Assembly: GCA_018693315.1 (NCBI GenBank)
Contig: JABHLR010000005.1
Coordinates: forward strand, 11,975-75,974
Reading direction: 5' to 3'
Source: an archaeon
GTDB lineage: Archaea; Nanobdellota; Nanobdellia; Pacearchaeales; GW2011-AR1
Length of the DNA: 64,000 nucleotides
Positions 18,620-28,101 of this stretch are shown piece after piece; the stretch's first letter is position 1, and every line of letters begins with the position of its first letter. A model generated the notes under the pieces. The model made no database searches and was not told the DNA's origin. It saw nothing but the letters and a program-made list of their open reading frames with translations. A program made the translations under genes and the position numbers.

Positions 18620-20476
18620 ATGAAAAAGAAAGGTGTTTCTGCGATTGTCGCGACTGTGTTGGTTGTTTTGATTGCTGTTGTCGGTATTGGATTGATTTGG
18701 GGTGTTGTTTTGCCGGTGATTGATGAAGGGTTTTCGGCTCAAGAGTATGATATAGATTTGGTTATTGATGACAGTGCCGGTTATACTTATTATGATGCCG
18801 ATAATAAGGTTGCATGTGTGCAGATTAAAAGAGGGGCTGATGAGTTTAATTTGTCGCGTATTGATGTGTTTTTTTATTTTAATGGAACTTCTTATGGTTC
18901 TAATTTTACTGGAAGCGATGTTCCTGGCCCAAATGAAATCAGAAAGAAATGTTTTAATCTTGAGGACTATGGGGCTCCGAATTCTATAGAAATAGCGTCG
19001 GTGATTTGGGATGATGGAAAAGAAATTATTGGGAAGGTTAGCTCGGCTGTCGCGAGAGTTAAACTTGGTAGTTATCCTGGGACTCCAACTGATATTGCTA
19101 AGTTGGATAAGCCGAAGAAGCAGAATAATAATGGGCCCGCTCCTGTCGTGTGCGTTGGTGGTTGTGATGATGGGAATGATTGTACTGTAGATGTTTGTAC
19201 TGATGGCAGTTGTTCTAATGATGATGTCGCGGATGGTACGGTTTGTACTGATGGTGGTTCTTGTTTGTCTGGGACATGTATTCTTCCTGATTGGATTGAG
19301 ATATCAGATTGTTCTTCTGTTGTGTTGAATGAAGAAGGTGCAACTTATATTCTTGTTAAGGATATTGATAGTACCGGTACGTGTTTACTTGTTGGCGCTG
19401 ATGGGATTACCGTTGATCTTAATGGGTTTGAGATTAGGGGTGAGGCCGAGTGGGATAGTTATGGTGTTATTATAGATGGTCAGGATAATACTATTGTGAG
19501 AAATGGAGGAATTTATAATTATGATACCGGTGTTTTTCTTGACTGGGGGTCAGAATCGAATACAGTAGATAATATGGTAATAAGTGATAATTTAGACCTT
19601 GGGGTGCACATTCTTGAAAGCACCAATAACAATATTATAAACAATATTATAGACGATGTTTGGGGCGGTTTTGGTTATGGAGTGTATGTTGAGGGAGCTT
19701 CTTCGGGATATAATAATATTATAAACAACACAATAGAAGATGTTTCTGCTGTGGGTGTGTCTATTGAATCTTCTGGCAATAAGGTAATAAATAATACTAT
19801 CATATCGTGTTCTGTTGGAATTAGGTCTTTCGGCGGGAGTAGTCTCGAGATTTTTAATAACAAGTTGCAGGATAATGGTGGGCGTGGAATTGATTTTTGG
19901 GGCGATAGTGATGGAAGTATTATCGGTAATTATATTCATTCGAATGGCCTTGGGATTGATTCTTCTACATCAGGTAATGTCTATATTGAAGATAATATAT
20001 TGAACGCTAATGGTCAGGGTGGTTTTTACATTTCTACTTTTAGTCCTAATACTTATGTTATTAAGAATAATTCTATTGTTGGCGATGGTTTTAATACCGG
20101 AATAAGTGTATCTTCTTCTATGGATGAGGCAACTATATCTATTGAGGATAACGTTGTTAATTCTAGTAGTGTTGGTATTTTTGTAGAACAAGGGCGTGGC
20201 TTTAGTGTTTATAATAATATTCTGGAGTCTAATGATGTTGGTTTGAAATTAGCTGGTTGGTCTTCTGGGGGTAATCATGATATTTCAGGTAATCATGTTT
20301 GTGGCAATGATGAGGATTTTGTTTGTGATAGGCATTTTTTGGGAGGTTTTTATTATAATATAGCAGATGTCTATGGAAGTGGAAATACTTTTGGTGGCGA
20401 TAGCGGAGATGTTGTTGCGTGTCCGGTAAATAGTTGGCCAGATTATGATAATGGAGATTATGGTTATTGTTCTTAA
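18620..20476 (+). CDS. Pilin-like (class III signal peptide) protein fused to a parallel beta-helix domain; tandem paralog of 17114-18589
   Basis: N-terminus MKKKGVSAIVATVLVVLIAVVGIGLIWGVVLP. Cys/Asp-rich linker, then NNIINNIIDD...NNIINNTIEDV...NKVINNTI beta-helix repeats. Confidence 0.7.
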   Translation: MKKKGVSAIVATVLVVLIAVVGIGLIWGVVLPVIDEGFSAQEYDIDLVIDDSAGYTYYDADNKVACVQIKRGADEFNLSRIDVFFYFNGTSYGSNFTGSDVPGPNEIRKKCFNLEDYGAPNSIEIASVIWDDGKEIIGKVSSAVARVKLGSYPGTPTDIAKLDKPKKQNNNGPAPVVCVGGCDDGNDCTVDVCTDGSCSNDDVADGTVCTDGGSCLSGTCILPDWIEISDCSSVVLNEEGATYILVKDIDSTGTCLLVGADGITVDLNGFEIRGEAEWDSYGVIIDGQDNTIVRNGGIYNYDTGVFLDWGSESNTVDNMVISDNLDLGVHILESTNNNIINNIIDDVWGGFGYGVYVEGASSGYNNIINNTIEDVSAVGVSIESSGNKVINNTIISCSVGIRSFGGSSLEIFNNKLQDNGGRGIDFWGDSDGSIIGNYIHSNGLGIDSSTSGNVYIEDNILNANGQGGFYISTFSPNTYVIKNNSIVGDGFNTGISVSSSMDEATISIEDNVVNSSSVGIFVEQGRGFSVYNNILESNDVGLKLAGWSSGGNHDISGNHVCGNDEDFVCDRHFLGGFYYNIADVYGSGNTFGGDSGDVVACPVNSWPDYDNGDYGYCS

Positions 20477-20513
20477 TCTAAAGATTTAATAGGTGGTTTT
20501 TCTTGTTTAGAAT

Positions 20514-21731
20514 ATGAGTATGAAAAGTGTTTTGTCGAAGGAGCTCGAGTTGATTTCGCTTTCTCGTGAGGAGATTTTGAGATTGCATAGGGTTTCTAAG
20601 GATTTTATTAGTTCGTTGAAGAGAGCGGGCCTGAGGGCTTATGTGGGGGGTAGTTTGGCGAAGGGTACACTTGTTAAGAAGGGAAAGCAAGATGTTGATA
20701 TTTTTGTTGTGTTTGATTTTAGTGAGGATATTTTGAAGTTGGAGAAGGTGCTGGAGAAAATGAAACTGCCTGGGAAGTTGAGTAAGGTTCATGGGTCGAG
20801 GGATTATTTTCAGATTGATTGTGACGATGTTATTTTGGAAGTCGTGCCTGTTGTGAAGAATAAGGATCCTGAGATGGCGGAGAATGTGACTGATGTTTCT
20901 CTTTCTCATGTTAAGTATGTTGTTGGGGCTTTGAGGAAGAATCCTAAGTTGGCGAATGAGATAAAGTTGGCGAAGACTTTTTGTTATGCGAATCGTTGTT
21001 ATGGGGCCGAGAGTTATGTGAAGGGATTTAGTGGATATTCTTTGGAGATTTTGGTTATTCATTTTGGAGGTTTTGTTAAATTTTTGAAAGGGATTGCTAA
21101 GGTTAGGGTTGTTGATCCTTTGAAATATTTTAAGGGCGAGCGTGATGTTTTGAATGAGATTAATGCTTCGAAGTTGGTTGGTCCGATTGTTGTTGTTGAT
21201 CCGACTTACAAGTATAGGAATGTGACTGCTGGTTTGGGTTATGAGACTTTTGGGAAGTTTAATGAGATTGTTAAGAGCTTTTTGAAATCGCCGTCGCTGA
21301 GTTTTTTTGAGAAGAAGGAAATTGATGTTGCTAGTTTGAAGAAAATGCGCGGTAGGTTTGTTGAAATTGATTTGAGTACTGATAGACAGGAGGGTGATAT
21401 TGCTGGGACGAAGATGAAGAAGTTGTTGGATTTTTTTGCGAGGGAATTGGTTAGAAAAGGGCAAAAGATTTTGGCGAAGGAGTTTGATTATTCGAATGTT
21501 GGGCAGAAAGCTAAGGGTTATTTGGTTGTTGGTGAGAAATTGGAGATTGAAGTTCGTGGACCTTCGGTTGGTTTGCAGGATGCTGTTAAGGCTTTTAAGA
21601 AAGCTAAGGGAAAGAATGTTTTTGCGAGGAAGGGATTTTGGTGGTTTAAGGAAAAAGTTTCTGTTGAAAGTATTTTTGAAATGGTGAAGAAAGTTTCTGG
21701 TGAGATGGGTGCTAGTGGGAAGTTAGTTTAG
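20514..21731 (+). CDS. cca: CCA-adding tRNA nucleotidyltransferase (archaeal class I)
   Basis: Nucleotidyltransferase motif GSLAKGTLVKKGKQDVDIFVVF, then HGSRDYFQIDCDDVILEVVPVV as in archaeal CCA enzymes. 405 aa. Confidence 0.75.
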   Translation: MSMKSVLSKELELISLSREEILRLHRVSKDFISSLKRAGLRAYVGGSLAKGTLVKKGKQDVDIFVVFDFSEDILKLEKVLEKMKLPGKLSKVHGSRDYFQIDCDDVILEVVPVVKNKDPEMAENVTDVSLSHVKYVVGALRKNPKLANEIKLAKTFCYANRCYGAESYVKGFSGYSLEILVIHFGGFVKFLKGIAKVRVVDPLKYFKGERDVLNEINASKLVGPIVVVDPTYKYRNVTAGLGYETFGKFNEIVKSFLKSPSLSFFEKKEIDVASLKKMRGRFVEIDLSTDRQEGDIAGTKMKKLLDFFARELVRKGQKILAKEFDYSNVGQKAKGYLVVGEKLEIEVRGPSVGLQDAVKAFKKAKGKNVFARKGFWWFKEKVSVESIFEMVKKVSGEMGASGKLV

Positions 21732-21733
21732 AG

Positions 21734-22012
21734 TTATTTGTTTCTCTCGTTTACATATTCTTCAATAGATTTTCCGTCGATGGTGTAATATGCTCTTCCT
21801 TGTTTGGTTTCGATGTAAGTTTCGTTTGTGTCTGGTGCGTTTGGATCACCGATAACGTTTTGTGTTTTGGTTCTTCTTTTTTCACTTCTAGTGATATCAT
21901 AATTATGCAAGGCATCTAATCCTTTTTTCGCTTGGACACCGACTAAGCATGCAGTTCCAATTAATAATGCTGATGCAGATATTCCAATAATATGATTTAA
22001 TATTTTTGCCAT
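21734..22012 (-). CDS. Small secreted or membrane protein, function unknown
   Basis: 92 aa with an N-terminal hydrophobic segment. Lies 2 nt downstream of the trmB-like gene on the same strand. Confidence 0.4.
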   Translation of the reverse strand: MAKILNHIIGISASALLIGTACLVGVQAKKGLDALHNYDITRSEKRRTKTQNVIGDPNAPDTNETYIETKQGRAYYTIDGKSIEEYVNERNK

Positions 22013-22013
22013 G

Positions 22014-22817
22014 TTAGTTTTTCCATGCCATGTCGAACATGTATGCTAGGGATGTTGTGAAGAATGGGGAGTTGATCCAGACGCCGTAGTCGAAATCTTC
22101 GTGGACGTTTGTTGGTTTGATTGTGAAGATTAATTCTTTCTTGTCTGCAACTACGAATCTTGCGTGGATAGGTTTTGATTTTACTTCTACTCCGAGTTTC
22201 TTAGATAATTTTGTTGCGTCCTCTTCGCTGTCGCCGATCATTACTTTGATGTCGACTTTTCGTTTCTTCAGTTTTGTGAAGACGTCTTTGAATAATTTTA
22301 GCTTTGAGGAAAGTTCGTATGCTGAGGAAGTCATGTGGATTGTTTTTTCTGCTGTTTCCATAACTGCTCGCATTTGTAAATATAAATTTGATCGGCCTTT
22401 GATGGAAGTTGAAAGTTCGTGGTTTTTGATTGGTTCGATTCCGGTCTTGTGTAGATCTTGTAATTCTTTGTATTCTGTTGTATCTTTTAGCCCTGTTAGT
22501 GTTTTGATTTTTTCTTCTGCGTGAGTTGTTGTGTTGTTCTTTAGTTTCTCGATAACGATTTCTGGTTTTACTGCGATATACTTTACAGGTTTGCCTAGTT
22601 TTTGGATTACAAATCCTCGCTTCTCTAAAGATTCTAAAACGTCGTAAGTTCTTGAACGTGGGACGCCGGAGATCTCTGCGATTTCACCTGCTGAGGAAAT
22701 TCCTTTAGAAAGCAAAGCTAGCCAGACCTTTGTTTCGTAAATGTTTAGGTCGAAGTATCCTTTCAGTTTCTTGATTAATTCTGGTTTTGCTATCATTTTA
22801 CTACTAATAGTGGACAA
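22014..22817 (-). CDS. TrmB-family transcriptional regulator
   Basis: N-terminal HTH ...SAGEIAEISGVPRSRTYDVLESLEKRGFV is typical of TrmB. 267 aa. Confidence 0.75.
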   Translation of the reverse strand: MSTISSKMIAKPELIKKLKGYFDLNIYETKVWLALLSKGISSAGEIAEISGVPRSRTYDVLESLEKRGFVIQKLGKPVKYIAVKPEIVIEKLKNNTTTHAEEKIKTLTGLKDTTEYKELQDLHKTGIEPIKNHELSTSIKGRSNLYLQMRAVMETAEKTIHMTSSAYELSSKLKLFKDVFTKLKKRKVDIKVMIGDSEEDATKLSKKLGVEVKSKPIHARFVVADKKELIFTIKPTNVHEDFDYGVWINSPFFTTSLAYMFDMAWKN

Positions 22818-22906
22818 AAAAATCTTTTATAAATGTTTGGGTTATGTTGTCTTTCTCTAGGGGTTACAATAGGAAGTTTTATATAGAATTTTTTTGTGTC
22901 ATTCTT

Positions 22907-23413
22907 ATGAGATTGAAGTATACTCTGGTATTCTTGTTGGGATTTGTTAGTTGCGCGCTTTTGTTTAGCTTGTTTAGTTATTTTGGTGTGGCACTCGCCG
23001 GTGTACCCATTGAGATGGGCAAGGTTCCGTTTGGGACAGGGATGGTGAGTTATGGGGTTAGTGCGCCTTCTGACTGGGTTTCTGAGGATGATATTGTTGT
23101 TTTTGATGATATGGTTGTTTTGAGGATTGCGAATGCTACATTGTCTAATTATGCGAATAGTGGGAGTATGTTGCCGTTTTTGGATGAGGGTGCGAATGGT
23201 ATACGTGTTGTTCCGGAGAGTGTTGATGATGTGAATGTTGGAGATATTGTTAGTTATGTTTTTGATGGGATCATGATTGTGCATCGAGTTGTTGAGAAAG
23301 GTGTGGATGATGAAGGGGTTTATTTTGTGATGCAGGGAGATAATAATTTGGTGAGTGATGGGAAGGTTCGGTTTGAGGATGTTAGGTATGTTACTGTTGG
23401 GATTCTATATTAA
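22907..23413 (+). CDS. Signal peptidase I (archaeal Sec11/S26B type)
   Basis: Catalytic Ser box NSGSMLPFL, His box IVHRVV and QGDNN box. N-terminal TM segment. TATA ttttatatag 21 nt upstream. Confidence 0.7.
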   Translation: MRLKYTLVFLLGFVSCALLFSLFSYFGVALAGVPIEMGKVPFGTGMVSYGVSAPSDWVSEDDIVVFDDMVVLRIANATLSNYANSGSMLPFLDEGANGIRVVPESVDDVNVGDIVSYVFDGIMIVHRVVEKGVDDEGVYFVMQGDNNLVSDGKVRFEDVRYVTVGILY

Positions 23414-24361
23414 GAGTTTCCAGATTAGTAATCCTAAGAATATTCCGGTTGTGATGTATGGCATTGCTGGGTATGCTTTTCCTTTTTTGGTTATGAAGAA
23501 TAGGAATGATAATCCTGCGAGTGCTCCGAAGATTACGAAGAGTGCTGGGATGATTCCGAATGCTTGCATGAAAACTCCGGCTGTGATTATTGGGAAGATG
23601 ACATCTCCGCCGCCGAGGATTGCCAAGCTTACTTTGAATTTTTTCTTTTTAATTTTGGCTGGCATTTTTTTGCCTTTGTATTTTTGTTTTATCTTTGCGA
23701 TTTGAGCTTTGACTTTTTTGGATGCTGATGGGATTAGGAAACCGCCGAATATTTTTAGTTCTTCCATTTGGAACTTTGCCATTTTTTGCATGACGCCGGA
23801 TTTCCATACTGCCCATGCGTCGTAGATTGAGATTAGGATAAGTAATACTATGACTGTTTTCCAGGTTAGGATTGGGACGAAGACTGCTGCGATTCCGGGA
23901 TAGATTAGGAGTTCTGTTAGGTTGTGGGTGTAGGCGTTTGGGTGGAATATTTTTATGAATGCTAGTGGGATTGCGATTGCCATGGCGACGATTGCGATGT
24001 TCATTAATGGTGTGTATTTTAGGATTGCGTTAAATGAAATTCCGAGGGCTAGTGCGACGACGAGGAAGAACCAGAGCCTGATGACGATTCGCCATTTGTA
24101 TTTCATTAGGATGAAAATTAGTGCGAATGCTAGGGCGAATGCGAAAATGATTGATAGAAAATCTGGAGTTGGTTCGTCTTGTGGCGCTTGGAGTCCGAAT
24201 GGAAGTGATCCTTCGGTCATAAATAATTCTTGTTCGCCTGTTTCCGGGTTGATGATTGTTAGTGATTGTGGGGCATAGGCGTTGACGACGAAGAGGCCGA
24301 TGAATTGCGTGACTATGAACATTGAAAGTAAGAGTAGAGTTATTGTTAATCTGTGTTTCAC
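23405..24361 (-). CDS. Presenilin/signal-peptide-peptidase family intramembrane aspartyl protease homolog
   Basis: Polytopic, with ordered YD (SIYDAWAV), GxGD (LGGGDVIFP) and PAL-like (AYPAMPYI) motifs. Confidence 0.65.
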   Translation of the reverse strand: MKHRLTITLLLLSMFIVTQFIGLFVVNAYAPQSLTIINPETGEQELFMTEGSLPFGLQAPQDEPTPDFLSIIFAFALAFALIFILMKYKWRIVIRLWFFLVVALALGISFNAILKYTPLMNIAIVAMAIAIPLAFIKIFHPNAYTHNLTELLIYPGIAAVFVPILTWKTVIVLLILISIYDAWAVWKSGVMQKMAKFQMEELKIFGGFLIPSASKKVKAQIAKIKQKYKGKKMPAKIKKKKFKVSLAILGGGDVIFPIITAGVFMQAFGIIPALFVIFGALAGLSFLFFITKKGKAYPAMPYITTGIFLGLLIWKLLI

Positions 24362-24402
24362 TTTGTCACCTGTTGATTATTGGGGTGAGAGGTATATAAA
24401 GA

Positions 24403-26292
24403 TTATCTTAATCTGATTGTTTCTAGATTTTTTGGGACTGTTGTTTCTGTTCGCTGTTGTTTGTAAATGGATGAAGCTAAATCTAGACACTTGGATTGTT
24501 CGCCGTGGTTTATGATTACTTTTCTTGGTTTTGGGTTTATGTTGTTCATGAATGCCATTAGTTCGTTTCGTGAGGAGTGGCCGGAGAATCCGTCCAGCGA
24601 TAGGAGTTTTAGTTTTATTGGGACAATTTCTACTTTTCCGTTTACGTCGAATTTTGCTTCTTTCAATCCTTCTTTAAGTTGTCGTCCGAGTCCGCCTGCT
24701 GGTTGGTAACATGAAAGACAGAGTCCGTTATTTGGGCTATCTGCGAATTCTCTTAGGTATTCTACGGATGCGCCGCCAACAAGCATTCCTGATGTTGCTA
24801 GAACTATGCAAGGTCCGCCTTCAATTACTTTTTTTCGTTCGTGTGGGGAGCCAACTTGGCTGAATATTTCTGATACGAATGGGTTGTTGTCTGCGAAGAT
24901 GTTTGCCCGGAGTGCGTTTGATAGGAAATCTGGGTAGGCTGTGTGGATTCCGTTGATGTCCCAGATCATACCATCGATATAGATTGGTACTTTTGTTAGC
25001 TTGCCGTTTCGCATTGCGTCTTCGAGAATTAGCATTTTTTCTTGGGCATGTCCTGTTCCTAATTCTGGAAGTAGAAGTTTTCCGCCGCCTGCTATTACAT
25101 CATTTGCGAATTTGATCAGGGCTTCTTCGGATTCTTTTTTGGGCGGGTAGTTGTTGTCTTTTCCACCGTATGTTGCTTCGAGCTGCAGTGTTTCTAGTCT
25201 TGGGAAATATGATGTTGCGGCTTCTAGGGATCTTGATTTTCCGAATTTGATGTCGCCTGAGTAGACGTAATTGTGGAGGCCGTTTCCGATGTTGAAGTGG
25301 ATCATTGCTGAGCCGAGTGTATGACCTGCGTTGTATAATGTGATTCGGACGTCTGGTGTGATGTCGGTTACTTCTTGGTAGTTTAGCGTTATTGAATGTT
25401 TTACCATGTCTCGAACGTTTGAAGATTTGAATAGTGGGGCTGCGGCTTGTTTATATGCGACGCCGATGAAGTCGAGTGCCATTAGAGCTGATATGTCTCT
25501 TGTTGGCGCTGTCATGTAGACTGGGCCTTTGTATCCCATTTTGTAGAGATAGGGAATTAGTCCGGAGTGATCCAAGTGGGCGTGTGACAAAATTACGGCG
25601 TCGATTGTTGATAGGTCTAGTTCTGGGGCTTCTAGGTATGGATATTTGTCTTTGCCGTTTGAAGATACGTCAACTCCGCAGTCGATTATGATTCTTGAGA
25701 TTGGAGTTTGCAGGAGAAAACAGGAACGTCCGACTTGTCGTCCGCCGCCTAAAGCTGTGATTCTGATCCATTCTTCCATTTTGTCGGGGTTCCATTCTTT
25801 GTAGATTTTTTCTCCGATGTTGTTCAGGAATTTTTTTCGGTACGTATTGTCTTGGTATAGAACTTCTCTGATTTTGTTTGTTATTTTGGATTTGATTGCT
25901 GGGGATCTTTGAACTTGTGGCGTCCAGAATGTTTCGACCTTTACCGTTCTTAATAGTGATCCGCCTTTTCCGATTGCTAATCCTGGTTTTTTTGCTTCGA
26001 TGATTACTGTGCTTCGTTGTGGGTCGAAAATTATTTGTGTTAGTTCGGCTTCTTGTGGGATTATTTGTTTTATTTTTGCTTCAGTCTCTTCTTGTTTCAT
26101 TAGGAGTTTCTTGTCTGCTCGTAGTTCGACTCGTTTTTTGATTGTGTTTACTACGTCTTTGATTTGTGAGTCGCCGTTTTTGAAGAATGCTGTGTCTGTT
26201 GTGTATACGACTATGTTTGCTCCTTCGAAAATTGTTGAGCCGACTACACCTCGCGGTAGCTGCCCTTCGATTGTTTGTAAGATATCTGCCAT
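24403..26292 (-). CDS. aCPSF1/FttA (KH, beta-CASP, metallo-beta-lactamase ribonuclease; transcription termination factor)
   Basis: N-terminal KH region, MBL motif HAHLDHSG, beta-CASP region. 629 aa, typical for archaeal CPSF1. Confidence 0.9.
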   Translation of the reverse strand: MADILQTIEGQLPRGVVGSTIFEGANIVVYTTDTAFFKNGDSQIKDVVNTIKKRVELRADKKLLMKQEETEAKIKQIIPQEAELTQIIFDPQRSTVIIEAKKPGLAIGKGGSLLRTVKVETFWTPQVQRSPAIKSKITNKIREVLYQDNTYRKKFLNNIGEKIYKEWNPDKMEEWIRITALGGGRQVGRSCFLLQTPISRIIIDCGVDVSSNGKDKYPYLEAPELDLSTIDAVILSHAHLDHSGLIPYLYKMGYKGPVYMTAPTRDISALMALDFIGVAYKQAAAPLFKSSNVRDMVKHSITLNYQEVTDITPDVRITLYNAGHTLGSAMIHFNIGNGLHNYVYSGDIKFGKSRSLEAATSYFPRLETLQLEATYGGKDNNYPPKKESEEALIKFANDVIAGGGKLLLPELGTGHAQEKMLILEDAMRNGKLTKVPIYIDGMIWDINGIHTAYPDFLSNALRANIFADNNPFVSEIFSQVGSPHERKKVIEGGPCIVLATSGMLVGGASVEYLREFADSPNNGLCLSCYQPAGGLGRQLKEGLKEAKFDVNGKVEIVPIKLKLLSLDGFSGHSSRNELMAFMNNINPKPRKVIINHGEQSKCLDLASSIYKQQRTETTVPKNLETIRLR

Positions 26293-26296
26293 ATTA

Positions 26297-26962
26297 TTAA
26301 TTGTGTTCTGTGTAAACTTTTTCTACTCTTTGTTTTGATATGTGTTCAATTCCGTCCTTTGTGATTTTGAAAACGTCGATTCCGTGTCCTGATGCTGTGT
26401 CTCGTTCGGATGAGGATTTGATCGCGTCGATTGCGAGTTCTACTCCTTCTTCGATTGTTAGGTCTGGCTTGTACATTCTTTCAAGCATTCCTAGTATATA
26501 AGGCATTCCTGAGGAGAAATTTGCGTCGAAGTCTTCTACTACCATTACGCTGCCGGCTGGTTCGATTGAGTATAGTTCTGCTGTACCGTTTTCGTTTAGG
26601 CCGCCGACCATTAGTCCTGCCATGAATGGGATCATTGAGGGTTGTCGGATGTTTTTGTAGGATGTCATTGCGATCATGTTTGCTGCTTCTTTGATTGTTG
26701 GTCTTGTTTTGTCTTTTAGTTCTTTTAGTTTAAGTTGTGCTGTTATTAGTTTTTTTGAGATTTCGATGTCGGATGCTGTTCCTGTTCCGGAGATTACTAG
26801 GTAGTCGTTTAGCTTTGTAACTTTTTGGCAGTTTTTTTGCATTACGATGTGTCCGCCGGCTGTTGCTTTTCGGTCGCCTGCCATAACTACGCCGTCTTTG
26901 CACACAATTCCGACTAGGCTCGTACCTGTCGTTAAAATATTTTTCTTTAATTCTGCATCCAT
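26297..26962 (-). CDS. psmB: Proteasome beta subunit
   Basis: Propeptide then TTGTSLVGIVCKDGVVMAGDRKAT with the N-terminal Thr nucleophile motif. Confidence 0.9.
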   Translation of the reverse strand: MDAELKKNILTTGTSLVGIVCKDGVVMAGDRKATAGGHIVMQKNCQKVTKLNDYLVISGTGTASDIEISKKLITAQLKLKELKDKTRPTIKEAANMIAMTSYKNIRQPSMIPFMAGLMVGGLNENGTAELYSIEPAGSVMVVEDFDANFSSGMPYILGMLERMYKPDLTIEEGVELAIDAIKSSSERDTASGHGIDVFKITKDGIEHISKQRVEKVYTEHN

Positions 26963-27069
26963 TGTAAACTCTTAGAATTTATAATAATTTGAGGATTATT
27001 TGGTTTTTAAGGTTTTTGGTGTGATTTGTGTGTAATAACTCTTATAAACGGGGGTTTGTTAAGTTTTTG

Positions 27070-27471
27070 ATGGAATATGAGGGTTTGTTGGATGAGGCTT
27101 ATGAGAATGTTGAGGCGACTGATGAGTGTGAGCGTTTTGAGGTGTTGAAAGTTAAGGGGCATCATGAGGGGGTTCGTACTATTATATCGAATTTTGGGCA
27201 GATTGTTTTGTGTATTAGAAGGAAGCCGGAGCATTTTTTGAAGTTTTTGACTAAGGAATTGGCGAGTTCGGGGGAGATTAAGGGGGATAGATTGATTTTG
27301 TCGAGGAAGTTGGCGAGTAAGGATGTTAATGATAAGATTGAGAAGTATGTGAATGGGTTCGTTTTGTGTCCTAAGTGTAAAAAACCGGATACTGAGCTTG
27401 AGAACGCGGGGGCGAAGGCTTTTTTAAGGTGTCTTGCGTGTGGTGAGAAGTATGAAGTGCATAAAATTTAG
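27070..27471 (+). CDS. Translation initiation factor 2 beta subunit (aIF2-beta)
   Basis: C-terminal zinc ribbon CPKCKKPDT...CLACGE plus conserved eIF2-beta core. ATG at 27070 lies 22 nt after cttataaa. Confidence 0.85.
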   Translation: MEYEGLLDEAYENVEATDECERFEVLKVKGHHEGVRTIISNFGQIVLCIRRKPEHFLKFLTKELASSGEIKGDRLILSRKLASKDVNDKIEKYVNGFVLCPKCKKPDTELENAGAKAFLRCLACGEKYEVHKI

Positions 27472-27498
27472 ACGAATTAAATTGAATAGGAGGAAAAT

Positions 27499-27693
27499 AT
27501 GACAATTGAAGGAAGATGTATGAAGTGTAAGGAAAACAAACCAATGAAGGATGCGGAGATGCACAAGACTTCTCGAGGCGGATTTATGGCTAAGGGAAAG
27601 TGTACTGCGTGTGGATGTGGTATGTGTAGAATTATGTCGAAGGACAATGCTGAAAAAGCAGTGACTGATGGCGAGGCCAAAAAGGCTTATTAG
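27499..27693 (+). CDS. Small Zn-ribbon protein (CxxC...CxxC)
   Basis: 64 aa, CMKCK...CTACGCGMC. Preceded by a ggagg Shine-Dalgarno-like sequence. Confidence 0.5.
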   Translation: MTIEGRCMKCKENKPMKDAEMHKTSRGGFMAKGKCTACGCGMCRIMSKDNAEKAVTDGEAKKAY

Positions 27694-27703
27694 TTTTTAT
27701 TTT

Positions 27704-27740
27704 AATTCCTCTTTTAGGGAGAAGAGGATTTTCATTTTTT
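27704..27740 (+). terminator. Hairpin plus T-tract terminator
   Basis: attcctctt-ttaggga-gaagaggat followed by TTTTCATTTTTTATT. Confidence 0.5.
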
Positions 27741-27797
27741 ATTGTGTGTAAGAAATGTGACATAGGTGTTTTGGATTGAATAGATTTTAAAGATTAA

Positions 27798-28064
27798 AAA
27801 AAAGAGTGTGGAGCATCAGAGTATGGTTTTATCATTAGGGTTAATCCCCTTCAGAAGGAGAAGATAGAGAGGCTTGTTGAATTTGCAAAGAAGGATCCGA
27901 GGTCTGTTATTTTGACTAAGTCAGCAGGGCATTTCAATTTGCATTATGATTTTTTGGTGGAAGATGATAATAGCTTAAGTGATATGCTTCACAAGGTTGA
28001 TGAAATTCTTGGAAAAGGAATTCTGGAAGGTCATAAGATTAAGGTTGATAGTATGATTAGTTAG
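27798..28064 (+). pseudogene. Stand-alone Lrp/AsnC C-terminal (RAM) domain coding segment lacking an in-frame start; possible frameshift
   Basis: Frame translates to ...EYGFIIRVNPLQKEKIERLVEFAKKDP...GHFNLHYDFLVEDDNSLSDMLHKVDEILGKG (RAM-domain-like). The only ATG (27823) is in the +1 frame and stops after 14 codons. Confidence 0.3.
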
Positions 28065-28101
28065 GAAGAAGATTTATTAATCTGCTTTTATTGGATATTT
28101 T

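Noticed and set aside
23405-24361. Prepilin peptidase (PibD/FlaK) for the nearby pilin-like genes
   Set aside because: The motif order YD ... GxGD ... PAL-like and the roughly 9-TM layout fit the presenilin/SPP family (A22) better than A24 prepilin peptidases. Topology analysis is still needed.
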